Below, piece after piece: positions 1-14,029 of a stretch of 64,000 nucleotides of DNA. The notes beneath the pieces are model-generated. The model searched no databases, was not told the DNA's origin, and was given only the letters and a program-made list of their open reading frames with translations. Within the stretch, counting starts at the first letter, position 1. Every line of letters begins with the position of its first letter. The position numbers and the translations under genes are program-made. The DNA comes from Ruditapes philippinarum (lineage: Eukaryota), in contig NW_026865440.1 in the NCBI RefSeq assembly GCF_026571515.1, positions 744,001 through 808,000 of the forward strand. Direction: 5' to 3'.

Positions 1-3000
1 TCAGTATACATTTTGTCTGATATATCACACTGTATCACACCATTACAGCCGGCTACATTGATCCAATGATAAATAATATACTATTTTTTTAAAGTTAATT
101 CTTCTTTCACCAACACGAAGTTGGTCACATCTTATGATGATACTTATAACTTCGTCGCCTTGTTGCTTTGAAATACTTCTATATATTTCTGATTGTTCTC
201 TGTTACCGTTAAAATTCCCTAAAAGGATAAAGACAAAGGCAGTTAAATTCGCATTGGTATTCTGTTTTTAGCATATATAGATGTTAAAATAAGTAAATAA
301 TTTACAATAAAAAGTGGGTTAAAGATATTTCAAAATTCTTAGTTGTATAAAGTTTATATCTAAATTTAATCTTTTGAATTAGAAAGAAATTAAATGATTA
401 TATCAGACTATGTAAGAAGGGAATATAAATTGGATATAGTAGCTCATCATTCATTTATATCATTATACATCAAACCCAATAATTATTTATATATTAATTC
501 TTTAAATTTGTTAGCATCTAGACTTGTTACATTTTTTACTAATAAAATATGATATTATTTTTTATATAAGAATGATCCGAATATAAATTAAAATTTCGTA
601 GACTAGTGCAATAATGACATCGTATACTTACCATTTGAACTTGTATTCATCAAGTATTTGTTTGTATATTCTTTGTGTAATATTTAGAAATAGAAGTTAT
701 TCAGAAGAACAATGACAAATACATTAATTTAGTCCAGTAAAGCATTGGAGGTATAATGGCTTCCAATGTTATACGTGACAATTACAGGTTCTGAAATTCT
801 TTAGAAAGCATATTATATAAAGAGGGTTTGTGTACATGTTGAGGTAAATTTTGTTTCGAAAGTTCTTTTTTTTACAAAGGAAGTTTATGTCATATATTTT
901 GTTCACTGTGCCCTGACGCTTTATTTTATTACCCTTCGTTCTTTTTGTTACATAATTTTTCGCTGTAAACACATTTCAGGCATATCTCAAAATCTCCCGA
1001 AAGAAATACGGGAAAAAATTGTATTCTAACAAACCAATTGCATGAGCAGCATCAATTAATCGCGTATCGCATGACAATTGTTTTACGCGAAAGGTATTAA
1101 GAGAAACGCTCTGTTTTACAACTTGACAGAAATCAATCTGAAACCATCGTTACAAGCATGACATTGTGCTTTGTTTTCTTTTATCTTTAATGATTTCAGA
1201 CTGTTTTATCTGCTAGAAATATAGAGAGTGAGATACTAGTAGAATTTGATAAATTACATTTACATGTACATCGGTACAGGTTAACCTTTGATTTGACATT
1301 TTATTTCATTATAGTACGGGTTGTGTTTTAATGCCGACCAACAATACCAGTCATAAAATACAGTTACATATTTTCACTACTATTAAATTATTAATTGTGT
1401 TTGACTTTTTGTTTTGATATTTCATGCTTTGAAGTAAGAATTTTTTATTGATTAATTATGAAAAGTAAGCAGATAGATATGAATAAAATTTGATAAGACG
1501 CAGTTAGATTCTACGAAACAATTTTGTAATAAAATTTCATTAATTAAATACATTGCCATTGTATGGTAACGTAAACGATAGTGAATTGTGTAAGATTTTG
1601 ACAAGAACAGCCATTGTTATAACACATACTATGACTATAAAAATGTTGTATGTGACATGTCAAATACCTTACTGACCACGTGAACGTAATATATGAAATA
1701 ATACACAAAGTATCTCCTTTATAACTATGTCATAGTGTCCTAGCCTTGGACCATCGTAAGTTATACAGCAGATGGTTGGGACCTCACTCTACCTCGTCGA
1801 CAAATATATCATAATTAAGTTTTCGTCATAGGAAATTAATGTTGCCTTTGATCTAATATTTGTTTTTATAACTTCATTCTATAAATACATAAACTTCCAG
1901 GCTGTTAAACTTGAATTCATTCCAATTTAAATTAAAAGAATATTACAATGATTTAACAAACTTTTAAGTAAATAAAAACCGAAATACTACATAAGAAACT
2001 AAACTAGTTTTGTTATTTAATTGTTCATGAGAAAAGAGAATAATAGCAGAGACAAGATTTGTTTTCTTAATGAGATAAACTTTGAATGTGTAAAAAAACT
2101 ACTTCAAGTTATTATTGCCTTTTAAATTGACACGCTCGTGGACACTTTTTGTGTGTTTGACCACAAGCGCTTCACCACCAAAGATACCATAAAGATAATG
2201 TATCATTTGTAAAAACCACTTTCAGGTCTTGAGATAGTACAACAGTAAGGGATCTATGAAATGCTTTAATCCCCATGATATAAGAAATACTTTAATCCCT
2301 GTGATATATTGTTTCAGGAAAGTCAAATATTGTAAACAATATTTTAACCGCTACCCAAGACGATTGCGTGCTATATAACACTGAAACTAAATACCCAAAT
2401 AGAATTAGGTGCAGTAAACGCTTTGGTTTGTCCAACATGTACCGAACGCCTCTCTATGTTCTTTGTGGTCAACATGATGTATTTATTTGCAAACTAGTAA
2501 TTATTGAAATTATTGAAGCAACCGTTTTCTCATGTTACTTTACGTTGTCTTTTCTTACAAAATACAGCCTGTCAAAATAACAGCAAACCATCCACTGATA
2601 AATTATCCCGTTCATAAGTTATGCACAGAAACCCCTTTTTTGAATGGCCCCAATGAATGATCTTTTAGGTGCTCGTTCACTTAACGGAGAACCAGTTTTA
2701 TTCTTGTATTTCACTAATTAAGCGTACAGTGTTTCCGTTAGATAGTGTTTTACTTGTTTTGCAAACATATCTTTTTCATTTTTTTCTGAATCTATACCCA
2801 TAAGGTCACTTCAGGTTAGAGGTCAAGGGATATGTTTTGACCATGTCCTAAACAAAGGAATGGCATATCTTGTGATGATGTAGCAATTAAGGAATTTGAT
2901 AATCTCCGTTTCCAATCTGTTTTGTCAATTGAGTTATTATACTGGCATTGTGGACCAGCTATACAGATGTTATATGGTTTGAACAATGTTTACAATAACT

Positions 3001-3768
3001 TAACGTTAGGACACCAACGATGAAAAATTTGAATCACCAGTCAGTATAGGTGTTGTAGTTATGAGTAAAGTTTGAGATATGATTAGAATAAAAATTAAAA
3101 TGAATGTTGCACCTTCAATGAAAAAGTACTAATTTTAATGAATTTAGAAACGAGATTGATATTGACAAATCCCTTATCGCGAAGTTAAAAGAAGTCTAGA
3201 ATGACATATTACTATGCAAATACCAATGTAATTAGATTATATCTGATTGAAAGCAGTCGATTTGAATTGAGGTGATTTTTTACAGATGGATATTTCTGAT
3301 TTAATATTTAAAAAAAAATAGTACATCGGGGTAATTTTCCTACAAATGATTAATAGTTTCTTCTTTTTTGAACAAGTTTTATACTTTCATTTGAGAGTAT
3401 ATTTGAAGCTCCAGTATAGAGTATGATATGACATTATCACTATATAAAAAACAAGTGCAAGCAACTCATGTTACCACACCTCGTAACTAAATTATTTAAC
3501 AATCGCATGGAATAATAGCTATTTAATGTGTAAAAAATTAAAATGAATTATTGCAATAATGAAAATATGCCCTTTAATGTAAAACATTACCTTTTGCTGT
3601 TACTTATTTATCATGTTTTCCTAATTTAAATTTTTGCAAATTTTAATATCCTTTGCATCTCATAGGTCTGGACTAACAATTTTTTATATATTTCTAGATG
3701 ACTTTACTATTCTTTTATTATTAGTATTAAACATATGTTAAGTTAATGCCATTTATTTCTCAAATCAG

Positions 3769-3966
3769 GTACTATGAAACAGGATCTATAAAACCAGGTG
3801 TCATTGGAGGTTCAAAACCTAAGGTGGCCACTCCGGCAGTTGTCGATGCTATCACTAGGTATAAAGTTGAAAACCCAACGATGTTTGCCTGGGAGATTCG
3901 GGATCGGTTACTAGCAGAGAATGTCTGTTCTAATGACAATGTACCAAGTGTCAGCTCAATTAACAG
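3769..3966 (+). CDS. Pax2/5/8: Pax2/5/8 coding exon: C-terminal half of paired domain ([23 protein letters not shown]...VPSVSSINR)
   Basis: Paired-box sequence with Pax2/5/8-type residues ([24 protein letters not shown]). Acceptor cag ends 3768, donor gtgagt at 3967; 198 nt, phase 2/2, as in the equivalent vertebrate exon. The exon for the N-terminal paired domain is not in the window. Confidence 0.97.
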
Positions 3967-6900
3967 GTGAGTGAAGAAAAACAAAGTTAGAATGAGTCAG
4001 CATGTCGGTTGGTTGCTCAATATGCCCAAACATGTACAATATCGTGAACGTTACTCTTCCTACAGTTCTTGATGGATTACTGCGAAACTTATGTATGTTG
4101 TTTGTTCTTACACGTAAATGTGCACGAAGAGAAAAATCCTCCCCTTTATAGGGCGTTACTGAAAAATATTGGAGGTATCAACTTGTAACCTTAGGTGTAT
4201 AGATGTCTACAAATGGAAGTGCAAAACCCCAAAAATATCTCTTTGTTTACTGTTCTTTTTCATTCTTCATTTTTTTTGTCCGAGGCATACAACTCATCCA
4301 AGAGAGTGACATTTCTAGATTTGTTTTGTTTATGATTTTCAAAGAATTCTGATGTAACTATTGTGAGGCATATATGTAGCAAGACAAATATCTTTATGTA
4401 TTCAATTCTTTTTATTCGTTTCCTCATTTTTTGTTAGTTTATCATCCTGTATGATCATTTTAATGAATTGCTTTTGCTTGCCGTGTTTCCACCTAATGAT
4501 CGAAATATTGTATTTTACTCACATATATCTACAAATATGATTATTTAAGCATCTTATTTCATTCAACAGTTTAACAACTTATCTTTTCATTTCAAGAATG
4601 CACTAAACTACTTAATAGACTATAACACACATTGCCTGTTAATTGCTTAGAAAACAGCATCTATAATGGGCAAGTGATACCCAATAATTACAATGGGATA
4701 TGTTGGAAACTTGTAAGGGGTCTAAATGTTTTTCTAATTAGATAAATAATGATTAGCATAACAGATGTGCTTCGAGCTTGCATGCAGTTATAAAACTGAA
4801 ATATATTAGACAATGTGAGCTGTCAAAGTTGTCTTCATAGAAGTTTCCTTTTCTCGTCGAGTTGTCTTCAGGATCAAACGAGATATTTCAAATTTTGTCC
4901 CTAGAATATTAGATTTGACGAAAAGTATGAGGTTGATGTAAATAAGCGGCAAATAAAGACAATTTAACGGCGGCACCGTCTGTCCAAATTACGCGTTAAC
5001 AACGCCATTATTGGCCAAGAATGTGCTCAAGGTTTGATTACATTTTGCACCAATATTACGACCATTGTTCGCTCTTCTAACATCACTCCGTACCAATTAA
5101 ATCAAGCCACACAGAGCCACAAGGAGCCACATTGGGACGATTTGACTGCATTCATGCAGAAGTGACATGAACGCTTCTTAGTGAACATTTCATACGCAAC
5201 ATTGACAAACACCTGTCTATATATTTTGCTCATCAATCCCGTCCCTAAAATCTCTAATGATGCGCGCCTACACAATAGTTTCAGTTTCATAGTCATTTCA
5301 TTCAATATTTACATAAAATGAAAACATGAGTTTGACGCTATGAAAAAAATCTTTACTTTTTGGGTTGAGTTTATTTATTTTTAAATTTTTATTTTTAATT
5401 TAATAACGTTAGAAAACTGTTAAAGACATTGTCGCCGCTTGTATTTGGAGTGCAGAACTGGTGCATTTAAGAAAGAACTTTAAATCATGCCATGTTTTTC
5501 TCTCGCATAGATTGTTATAAAAACTTGTAATTATTTCCATGCCATGTTTTGCATAATAATGCAGTAAAATCACTGCAATGAAGCCATAGTACTGTTCATG
5601 TAATTGGACGTAGAAAGAAAGTTGCATTTTCAGGAAAACAACTTGATTGGTAATTGGTCTGTTTGCTTGATTGGTTTGATCAAACGTCTTTGATACGGCC
5701 TTTGAAGTTGTACGAAGTTTACATGTTCTCAGAGCCTAGTGCATACAAATATTTTGTTAAATAAGCTGTGAGGCAGGTCTGACATTTTGCTCTAGGAGAA
5801 TATTACCATAAAGCGACCGCGAATTTAAATAATAGTTCTCGTGAAAGTTACATTATTACATGTTCAAAGGAAAACTTCTGGTAGTAAATCGTCGTGATAA
5901 GAGCGTACGCCATCTTTATTTGGCCCTTATCAGATCTCGCTAAATGTATGTAATCAAAATCATTGCATCGAAATGACATGTAAATATTTCAAACTTTTAC
6001 CTCTAATTTATTATCATAGTGTGAAATAACCAAGGCTTTTATTACATCTGTTTTTGTGAGGAGCGGCATAACTTGGGACGCGTTTAACATTTAATAACAA
6101 TTTAACGTAAGGGGGACTCTTGCTTTATCATCCGTATATGGTGATAATGGGTCTTGTTTTTTTAATCCTTAAAGTATTTTTTTAGAAGAAAGTGAGAGCT
6201 TTTAGAAAGGCATTTAAATTTTATCATGGTGCAAGATATTATCTATACTGCATAAAGTTTAAGTTTGGTGAAGATATTCATAATGATTGCTTCAAACAGT
6301 TATTATCATAATTTATATTTTCTCAAATAATTGAACTTTGAAACTAGTACAGTTACAAATTCACTGTAGCTACTTTTCCCTATTTTTCTCTCTCATTTGT
6401 CTTATTTTCTTAACGCAACATTTCTAAACTTAAGTGTTATTTTAAAACAACAACAAAAGCAATCATTTACCATACGTATTTTACGTTTTCCCCCATACAG
6501 TATATGTTATTTTATATCACCCACGCAGATGATAATTATGTAACTTTTTTCCTAATTAGTTGTTTTATTTGTAATTTTATGGTATATTTATTTTCTTACC
6601 TCCTCATCAAAGCTTGTTGTTGTTTTAGGATTATATGAATGGGAAACTACACGCTAGTTGAGTTCATTATGTGCATCACTAGTCGTATTCTGTTATCAAT
6701 TGGAGCGCAGGTTGCCTGTGAAATTTGTCGCCTTGTAACGTTACAACCATTTGATACAAGATATCACTCACCTGGATGCACACCGTTGGCCAATTTCGAA
6801 TAAAGCACCATTGATATATGATCTAAAGCAGTTGGTTGCACACCATCGGCCCAATTGCCATCCGGGTCAAATCATCAATTTAACCGTAATTTGACCTATA

Positions 6901-9326
6901 TAAAGCAGTTCTTATTCAGTTTTATTTTAATTTAATTTCAACTGTTTGTTTTTTATTTCTATTAATTATTCTCCGTCCGTCTTACTGTCAGTATCTCCGT
7001 CCATAGACAATGGAATATAGAGATATATGTGTCTTATGAACATATTTCTAGTTTTATCTCAATTCATTTATGTGTATATTGAAAAATATTAGGTGTCTTT
7101 TATACTTGTTTTTCAAACAGATAATTTTTATACAACTGTAAAGGAGAATGCAAAGTTTACTTTCACGATAATTTTATGTAAGAATTTGACGTCTTAAAAT
7201 ATAAACACTGCTAAAACTGGTTAGGGGTCAGATAGATATTGCGACTTACATTATCTGTCGTGAACCGAATTACAATATTCGCATATTTATTTTTGCTACC
7301 CTCAAGGTATCTCACTCTTTTGGACCTTCTTAAAAAAGAAGCTCACTATCTATTATATTTAAAACTCATTATTGTTTCTTTTTTATTCGATTTCTGATCC
7401 TCAAGGGGTACGAATTCATTTTACAAATAGGATGGACATAGAAGAAAATTCTCCGAATCGTATTTAACTTAAAATAGTGAAAATAAAGATAACATATATA
7501 TTTACGAATACAGAAACAAATGCGTCTTTTAAGTTTCAAAAACCATGACAAGGAGTAAAAAATCGTGTCAAATCACATTAAGGTTTGAAATTGGTGATAG
7601 ATTACTTTAATATTTGTCTTTTTCATTCAAAGCACAAGTCTACCAGCGCTTTCTAAAGCATAGATTCTCATATGAACTTTAATTGTACACCTGTTATCTT
7701 TTTTAAAAATCTAGAACCACAATTGCCCTTTTACCCTCTAAGACTGTTCATTAGTATCGATTTCGTGTGATTGAGAATAAACATACATTATAAAACAAAA
7801 GCACATATTTTCTTTTGTTTGCTGATCGTTCGTTTTCTTGCTTAATTGAAGGTGTCGCAAAATAATTTGGTTTGTCTTTATATTTCACAAGAGATTGTTC
7901 CGATTACATTTAAAGTGTTTTTCCGCTTTTTGAATAGCTCTTAGAGAAATTTTGATCCTAAATACAACAGGTAAACGATAGGACATTCTTTGATTGTAAA
8001 GACCTTAACAGATAAGATGTTACAAGTTTTATTAAGATTATTAGAATTAAGATTACTCATACAACATTTTTCTAATTTTCTCTCCTTGTTTTTCCGGTTA
8101 AGACGATGTTTAAATTTGAAAATCTGTGTAAAAGGAAGATCATACCTTGCAGAGTCAACTATTTAATCAAATTTATTAATTAAAATATCAGAAATAAACA
8201 GTTAATTTGTGAGAATATGGAAAATGTATGTCTTCTGAATCGAGAGTAAATCTTTCACAAAAATAGTAAAAAAATATGCAATGCATGAACAGAATCTTTG
8301 GTGAAACAAGAAATTATTGAATACTGTTTTGTTTGCCATTTAAAGGCATCGTCAAGTCTATTTCTAAAAACCAATCATCTGAATAAACTACATGAAGTAA
8401 GAGTAGTTTAGATGAAATCATTAAAGGTTCTAGCTCAGTTAATGTCTCTAACGGAAGGTATTACTGTTGCTTGGCTGGAGACCCCCGCTGTGTCAGACAC
8501 GGACAATGCATTAGCACTTGCTGATTTAGAGCTGTTTTGTGAACAGTTGTAGGAAATACGAGTGCTGAAACACTGCCATCATTGCTCTTTTGTAGGCAGA
8601 AATACTGGGTGGATTATATGTTTTTCTCATTGAGTGAAAATGGTAAATGTTAAAAGCAAAACTACTACAAGGGGTTTTCTTACATAAAGCACTTAAATCC
8701 CCGGGGATAGGTCTCAATGCGCGTGCAGTCTAGTTTAATTACCTCTATTCATGGGGTACAATAGGTTATTGGATGACGTTGAAACGTAAATTGTTTTAAA
8801 ACGAATTTCCAGACAATCTCACAATAATGTTTACACCACACTTCGTAGAAGATATGCTAGGTATTTGCGACGGAACATTTAATGTACTTGCTAAACAAAT
8901 ACTGCACTGTCTAATGTGTTTAAGACAATACTTGAACGTTTCGTGGCCAACCGCATTACAATTATATAGATAATGATTTTAATGAACATTAACATTGCAC
9001 TATTGAACAATATTGTATTTTATTTGTTTTTTTTATTTTACGTCATGAATAGAGATAATATTTGTCAAACACAAAATTACTTTTATGAATGAACTGAAAT
9101 AATTTGAGAAAATCACAGAAATTTGTATCTGAATGTCTTTTGAAGATTGACATACATAACTTTTGAATTGAGGATATGCGAACATACTTTGAAAATAAAA
9201 TGATTTCTGCAAATTAATAACACTAATATGTATTTCAAGGAGTTATTAGTATATCTAGTGATGTTTCAGGTAGTGTAGGTAAATAACAAGTTTTCTTTGT
9301 AATCATAGATATATTTTATATTGTAG

Positions 9327-9538
9327 GATTGTACGGAATCGAGCGTCCGACAATGCTCGGATGTCGAAGGATGGAAGCTCTCCGGTATCTGGGGAAGGTG
9401 GTACTCCCCACGGTTCACCTAATGGTCAAGGTGGAACCTATTCTATCAACGCAATAATGGGTCTTCCTCCACAAGGAAATTCCCCACTCACCGATCACAA
9501 CGGCAATACAGGAACGAAACGAAAGCACGACGAAAACG
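9327..9538 (+). CDS. Pax2/5/8: Pax2/5/8 coding exon: end of paired domain (RIVRNR), octapeptide YSINAIMG, basic KRKHDE NLS
   Basis: ttgtag acceptor joins in frame to the previous exon (SSINR-IVRNR). Octapeptide resembles YSINGILG. Donor gtaaat at 9539, phase 1. Confidence 0.95.
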
Positions 9539-11064
9539 GTAAATATAAACAATGTTACACTTTTCTTCCTGGCAGATATTATATTTTTTCAGTTTTGTTA
9601 AAGAATATTGCTGTATTATCACACCTTTCAATATTATCAGAAAATATCCAATTTCGTATTTTTCCTAAAGATCTAATAAAATATTTATTCATGCAATATA
9701 AAAGCATTTGTATATGTCGTGTAGATATTGAATTGAAGCTACCCAGCAGGACCCTGATCCTAGTAAAATAGCCTTGTGAATTATTCAGCTGTTAATAGGA
9801 TGGAGTTCCATACCAGTATTCATCCGCGTACAAAGCGACACATTTCATAAAAGAGTGCACAGGAGCACCGCCATTCACTGTCACTTCATCAATCTCTAAT
9901 CCACACCGTTGAGAATGTACTAAATTATACGAACAGTGGGCATCAATATCAAACTTATCGATGTTTGCACCGGTAGAATGTTTACGCCATTATTTCACTT
10001 ATTTGAAATACTTTAATTGAAAAAAAAATTGGTAACTTCCCGCGAGCATAGGGTTGCTTGCTCTAATCCCTCGGATTTCGTGAATAAATCAGGCTTTTCT
10101 ATATTTTTCATGCATTTTAATTGGGTGATTTGTTAATAGACTTTTCAACTTGACGATGTTTCGAATTATATTTGAGAAAAAAATACCGGGCGGTAATCTA
10201 TTAAATGTTTATGAATTAAAATAAGATTCGGCTCTCGATTTTATTTCAGTTTGAATAATATATAAACACTATCACTGATCCAATGTTTTTATTTTAACTT
10301 CAAAGATAATTGCTAATTACCTGAGTGTTCGATATTAACATGTTACTTTTCAATTAAATTTCACGGCTGCTGTGATAATGTTAGATTCCATCAAACATAT
10401 GCAATGGGACTGATGGTTGTAAAGCTGTGTTATAGTGAAATGAGCAAACTACTGGCGTTTCAGCGCCGACTATTACCCTATCATACCCTCTCATTTTATA
10501 ATCATAAACCAGTCTGTCATTAATAAAGCACATTTATACTACAGACCCAGATCTAATTGACATCTTAGTGAAATTCTATCAGTGTCATTTACTCTGTTTA
10601 TGCTAAAATCATCAAATTTGCTCAGTCCTCATGAAATCGAGCATCATTGTTTTACCACAGATTTTATTATTTAATCTCTAATATTACAGAAAATTGTCAA
10701 CAAAAATTGTAAATGAAGGAAATTTGCATTTATGATGGTCTGTGGCACAAGGACGTAAATATAGTTTTTTATTCACGAAATTAATGTTGATGTTTGTAGC
10801 GGGATTTTACATTGAAGCCTCCGACGGCATCCGGCGAATGAGTGTTCATTCCCTGTTTCAATAAATTTCCGGATGTTTGAAGCGATTTTCTTGTCTGACA
10901 AATATGCGCCCTAAACCACGTGATCGAACTAGCACGCGCTTTACCGGAAATTGATACATCCTGAAACGGAATTATTCGGGACAACACGAAAAACATCTAT
11001 ATTCTTTCATTTCAATTGTTGTCAGTCTGCGGTACATTTTTATGTTATTCTATATATAATCTTT

Positions 11065-11108
11065 AACTACAATATCATCAACAAATAACTACAATATCAT
11101 CAACAAAA
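11065..11108. repeat. 22-bp tandem duplication (aactacaatatcatcaacaaat x2)
   Basis: Direct reading. Confidence 0.8.
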
Positions 11109-11182
11109 AAGCAAACCATTGTACAAAACGATAATAAAAAACTATCAAATAGCTTGCTAAACAAAGTTATGTTCTATTTCAG

Positions 11183-11253
11183 TTCAAAATGGGCATGATC
11201 CTGAATTAAAGGCTGACCAACTTTTAAATAACAACAATATAAATAACATGGAC
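11183..11253 (+). CDS. Pax2/5/8: Pax2/5/8 coding exon (VQNGHDPELKADQLLNNNNINNMD), not in ORF track
   Basis: ttctatttcag acceptor, gtgagt donor; 71 nt converts phase 1 to phase 0, exactly as needed to join the flanking exons; no stops. Confidence 0.85.
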
Positions 11254-11887
11254 GTGAGTATTTTTCCTGTTCTGTTACAATTTTTCAAAGACATTTAGTA
11301 TCTTGACGAATTAAATTTGAAGCGTTTTATGTTGTTACAAGGATATCTCCAATATGTTCTTTTTATCATTTTATGGGGACATTTTAAACTAGCATATGGT
11401 AGTTAAAGAGTGATTCAAATGATTTATCTACCAAGTACATTAACAAAATTATGAAGATTTCGCTTTCATTGCTAAATGTTACTATCATTGCAGGCGGTTT
11501 TATTACGATGAAAATGTAATTGCATCAATTTATGATATTTATAGCTTTACCGATCCCTTTACTAGACGAGAGAATACTAATTATCTAATTTCTAAAGTTG
11601 AAAATGTACGAACTTCTGTAAAAATAAATATCTCATAAAGTCGCCTGAGAACAGTTTACCTGTAAATATTTAACAAATAGGGAAGCAGTAAATTTTGTTA
11701 TCGTCTCGGGTTAATGAAGAATTAATGAGGGAAAGGTTTTTTTCGGGGTAAATTATAGTTCAACACATTTCAATACACTTTATAATGTCCATATTGCTAA
11801 AATAAATGGAAAAATATAACATTATTGTGAATAATTAAATGTTGAATTAAAAATAACAATTTATAAATGAAAATGTAATGATTTTAG

Positions 11888-12176
11888 ATTTGGTATAGTC
11901 GTCCAGCAAAAACAGCACGGTCAGAAAATGGTGTAGTAATGACTGACCCTACACAAGCAGTTATAATGAGTAGTAATGGTCAGCTTTACAATGCACAGAG
12001 TTTACACCCACCACCCTACGTAAGTTATGTTAGCGGTAATCCACCTATAAAACAAGAGTACACCTCCTCTCCTACCCTCGAAGACCAGAACAGAGAACAA
12101 CAACAACAACAAATGCAGCAACATCATCAACAACAAAATGACAGCGCCCCCACAGTCACATACAGTCCCACTATAG
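11888..12176 (+). CDS. Pax2/5/8: Pax2/5/8 coding exon (IWYSRPAKTAR...PPIKQEY...poly-Q...YSPTI)
   Basis: ttttag acceptor, in frame with ORF 11939; donor gtatat at 12177; contains IKQE motif and CAA-encoded Q/H tract. Confidence 0.9.
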
Positions 12177-12661
12177 GTATATAAACTATGTTATTAACAA
12201 AGTATTTTGGAAATGTCATGATTTTACCCTTTCTTTACTAGCATGTTTAGAATTGCTTACTGTTACTTTTCTTGCATTGTGTATGAAGTACTACCCCATT
12301 GAAGTTTTAGTATGTTATTCTAGCTTGATTATAACAGAATTTTACTAAGTACAATGTTTATGTTTAGTTATATTTTCTTTCAAAAATGCTTTTGTACCGT
12401 TTTCATTTATGTTTATACAAATGTATGTTAACAAATTTGAGGCCATATAACATATTAATGATCTGTGATAGTTAAATTTCCTGTAGTAATATTCGATAGA
12501 AATAATTAATTTGTACACAGAATGTAGAAACATTTAAAAATAATATAGTTCGTTAAAAGCACCAAAGTAAACTTTATTTAACTTTCACAAATTGCCCTAT
12601 ATTTGATAAAAAACATTTGAAAGTTTAACAGCATGGTAAAATGCTTCCAACCCTATTACAG

Positions 12662-12733
12662 TTGATCAAAACAAGGGTAATTCACCGCACGAGATTCACG
12701 GACAGGCCGACTCACACAGTAACGATTATGAAG
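12662..12733 (+). CDS. Pax2/5/8: Pax2/5/8 coding exon (VDQNKGNSPHEIHGQADSHSNDYE), symmetric phase 1, 72 nt
   Basis: ctattacag acceptor, gtatta donor, locally raised GC, open frame in the expected phase. Confidence 0.78.
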
Positions 12734-14029
12734 GTATTATTTCATCTGAAGCATAAAACATATTTCATTTATTAACTACTAAAATTTCAATTCTGAATTT
12801 TATTTCAGATATTAAATATCAATGATGCTTTAATCTATTTACATTTCATAATGTATTAAAATTAAATTCAAAATATTTTTATATGGATGCTATATTTTAA
12901 ATATTTTGTTGTTGTTTTTACTGTAACATGTTATAGATATAGTCTTTGTTTAACAGTAGTTGCGATCATACAGTCAGCCGGAAGTGCAACGTGTTTGCTA
13001 AAAAGTTCATCTTTTAATAAAATCTGTGTTGTTTATTGTTTCAAAATACCGACTTCCAGGAACGAAAGCTTGTCCGGAAACTTGGCCTTTTTGGTCCATT
13101 TGTTTCTATGATTGATCATTTAAAGCATGTATACGTTGCATTTCCCGGCCAATCTAACCTTATCTCACCTGTAACGGTACTCACTTTCCATGTTATAATA
13201 CATTGTATCTTTACTAAATTGTTAAAAGGACACCTCCCGTCGGTACGGAAATTAGCCCTTTAATGAAAATAGTGATAACTAATTGCCTCGTGGGAACAGT
13301 AAAAAGCTCACACCGAGATGTGAACTACGGTAATGCAAGGGCATGTAGTTATTTTATTTGGAATTCTATTGGAGGACTTTGAGTTTTCTATCAATAAAAT
13401 TATTTGAATGATGAAATTGACGTTAGAATCATTGCCAGTATCAGTATTACAATGTATTTTACAATGGAATCGTTTAGAAATAACCTGATTCATTATTTCA
13501 TCATCTGTAATAAACTGCTTCTAAACCTTACATTGGGATTATGTTTAAAAAAACAACACACAACCAAACAATAATTTATTGAAAATCTCATTTGTATTTT
13601 TATAAATACAATTAGTATTTTTATGTTATTTTGCTGAATATAGTATCAGCCTTGGTTTAACATGGTGACAGAATCACTAGTTGTTTGTTGTATTATTATT
13701 TAATAAATTTTGTATATTTTCATTTATTCTTAGCAAACGATATAAGCTTAATAAATGATAACAGTATTGTATACAATATAACCTTTACTCTCATGCTACA
13801 ATTAATTTAAGAAGAAGCAGTTTATTATAACTCTCAACTAAAATCTGTTCTTTGTTAATGCCATATGATGTGTCACCTAACATTACAGGACAGGCCATTT
13901 CACCATCATTTTTCTGTCATCATCCCGGAAATGTCATCTGCACAAAGTTGCTTGTATTTCCTTTTATTCTTTGAACAAATTGTTTAAAAAAATATTTAGT
14001 AATGTAATAAGAATTCAACGGATTCAATT

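Noticed and set aside
1-3768. N-terminal paired-box exon (GVNQLGG...VSKILG)
   Set aside because: Not found by eye; must lie upstream of the window.
3772-3984. Antisense ORF over the paired-box exon (also 15366-15605, 22959-23204)
   Set aside because: Shadow ORFs of real Pax2/5/8 exons.
9539-9771. C-terminal half of ORF 9361-9771
   Set aside because: Read-through into intron after the gtaaat donor; composition turns AT-rich.
9790-11000. GC-richer intron patches (9790-9980, 10800-11000) as a hidden homeodomain exon
   Set aside because: Phase-1 translations hit stops without a good donor and show no homeodomain similarity.
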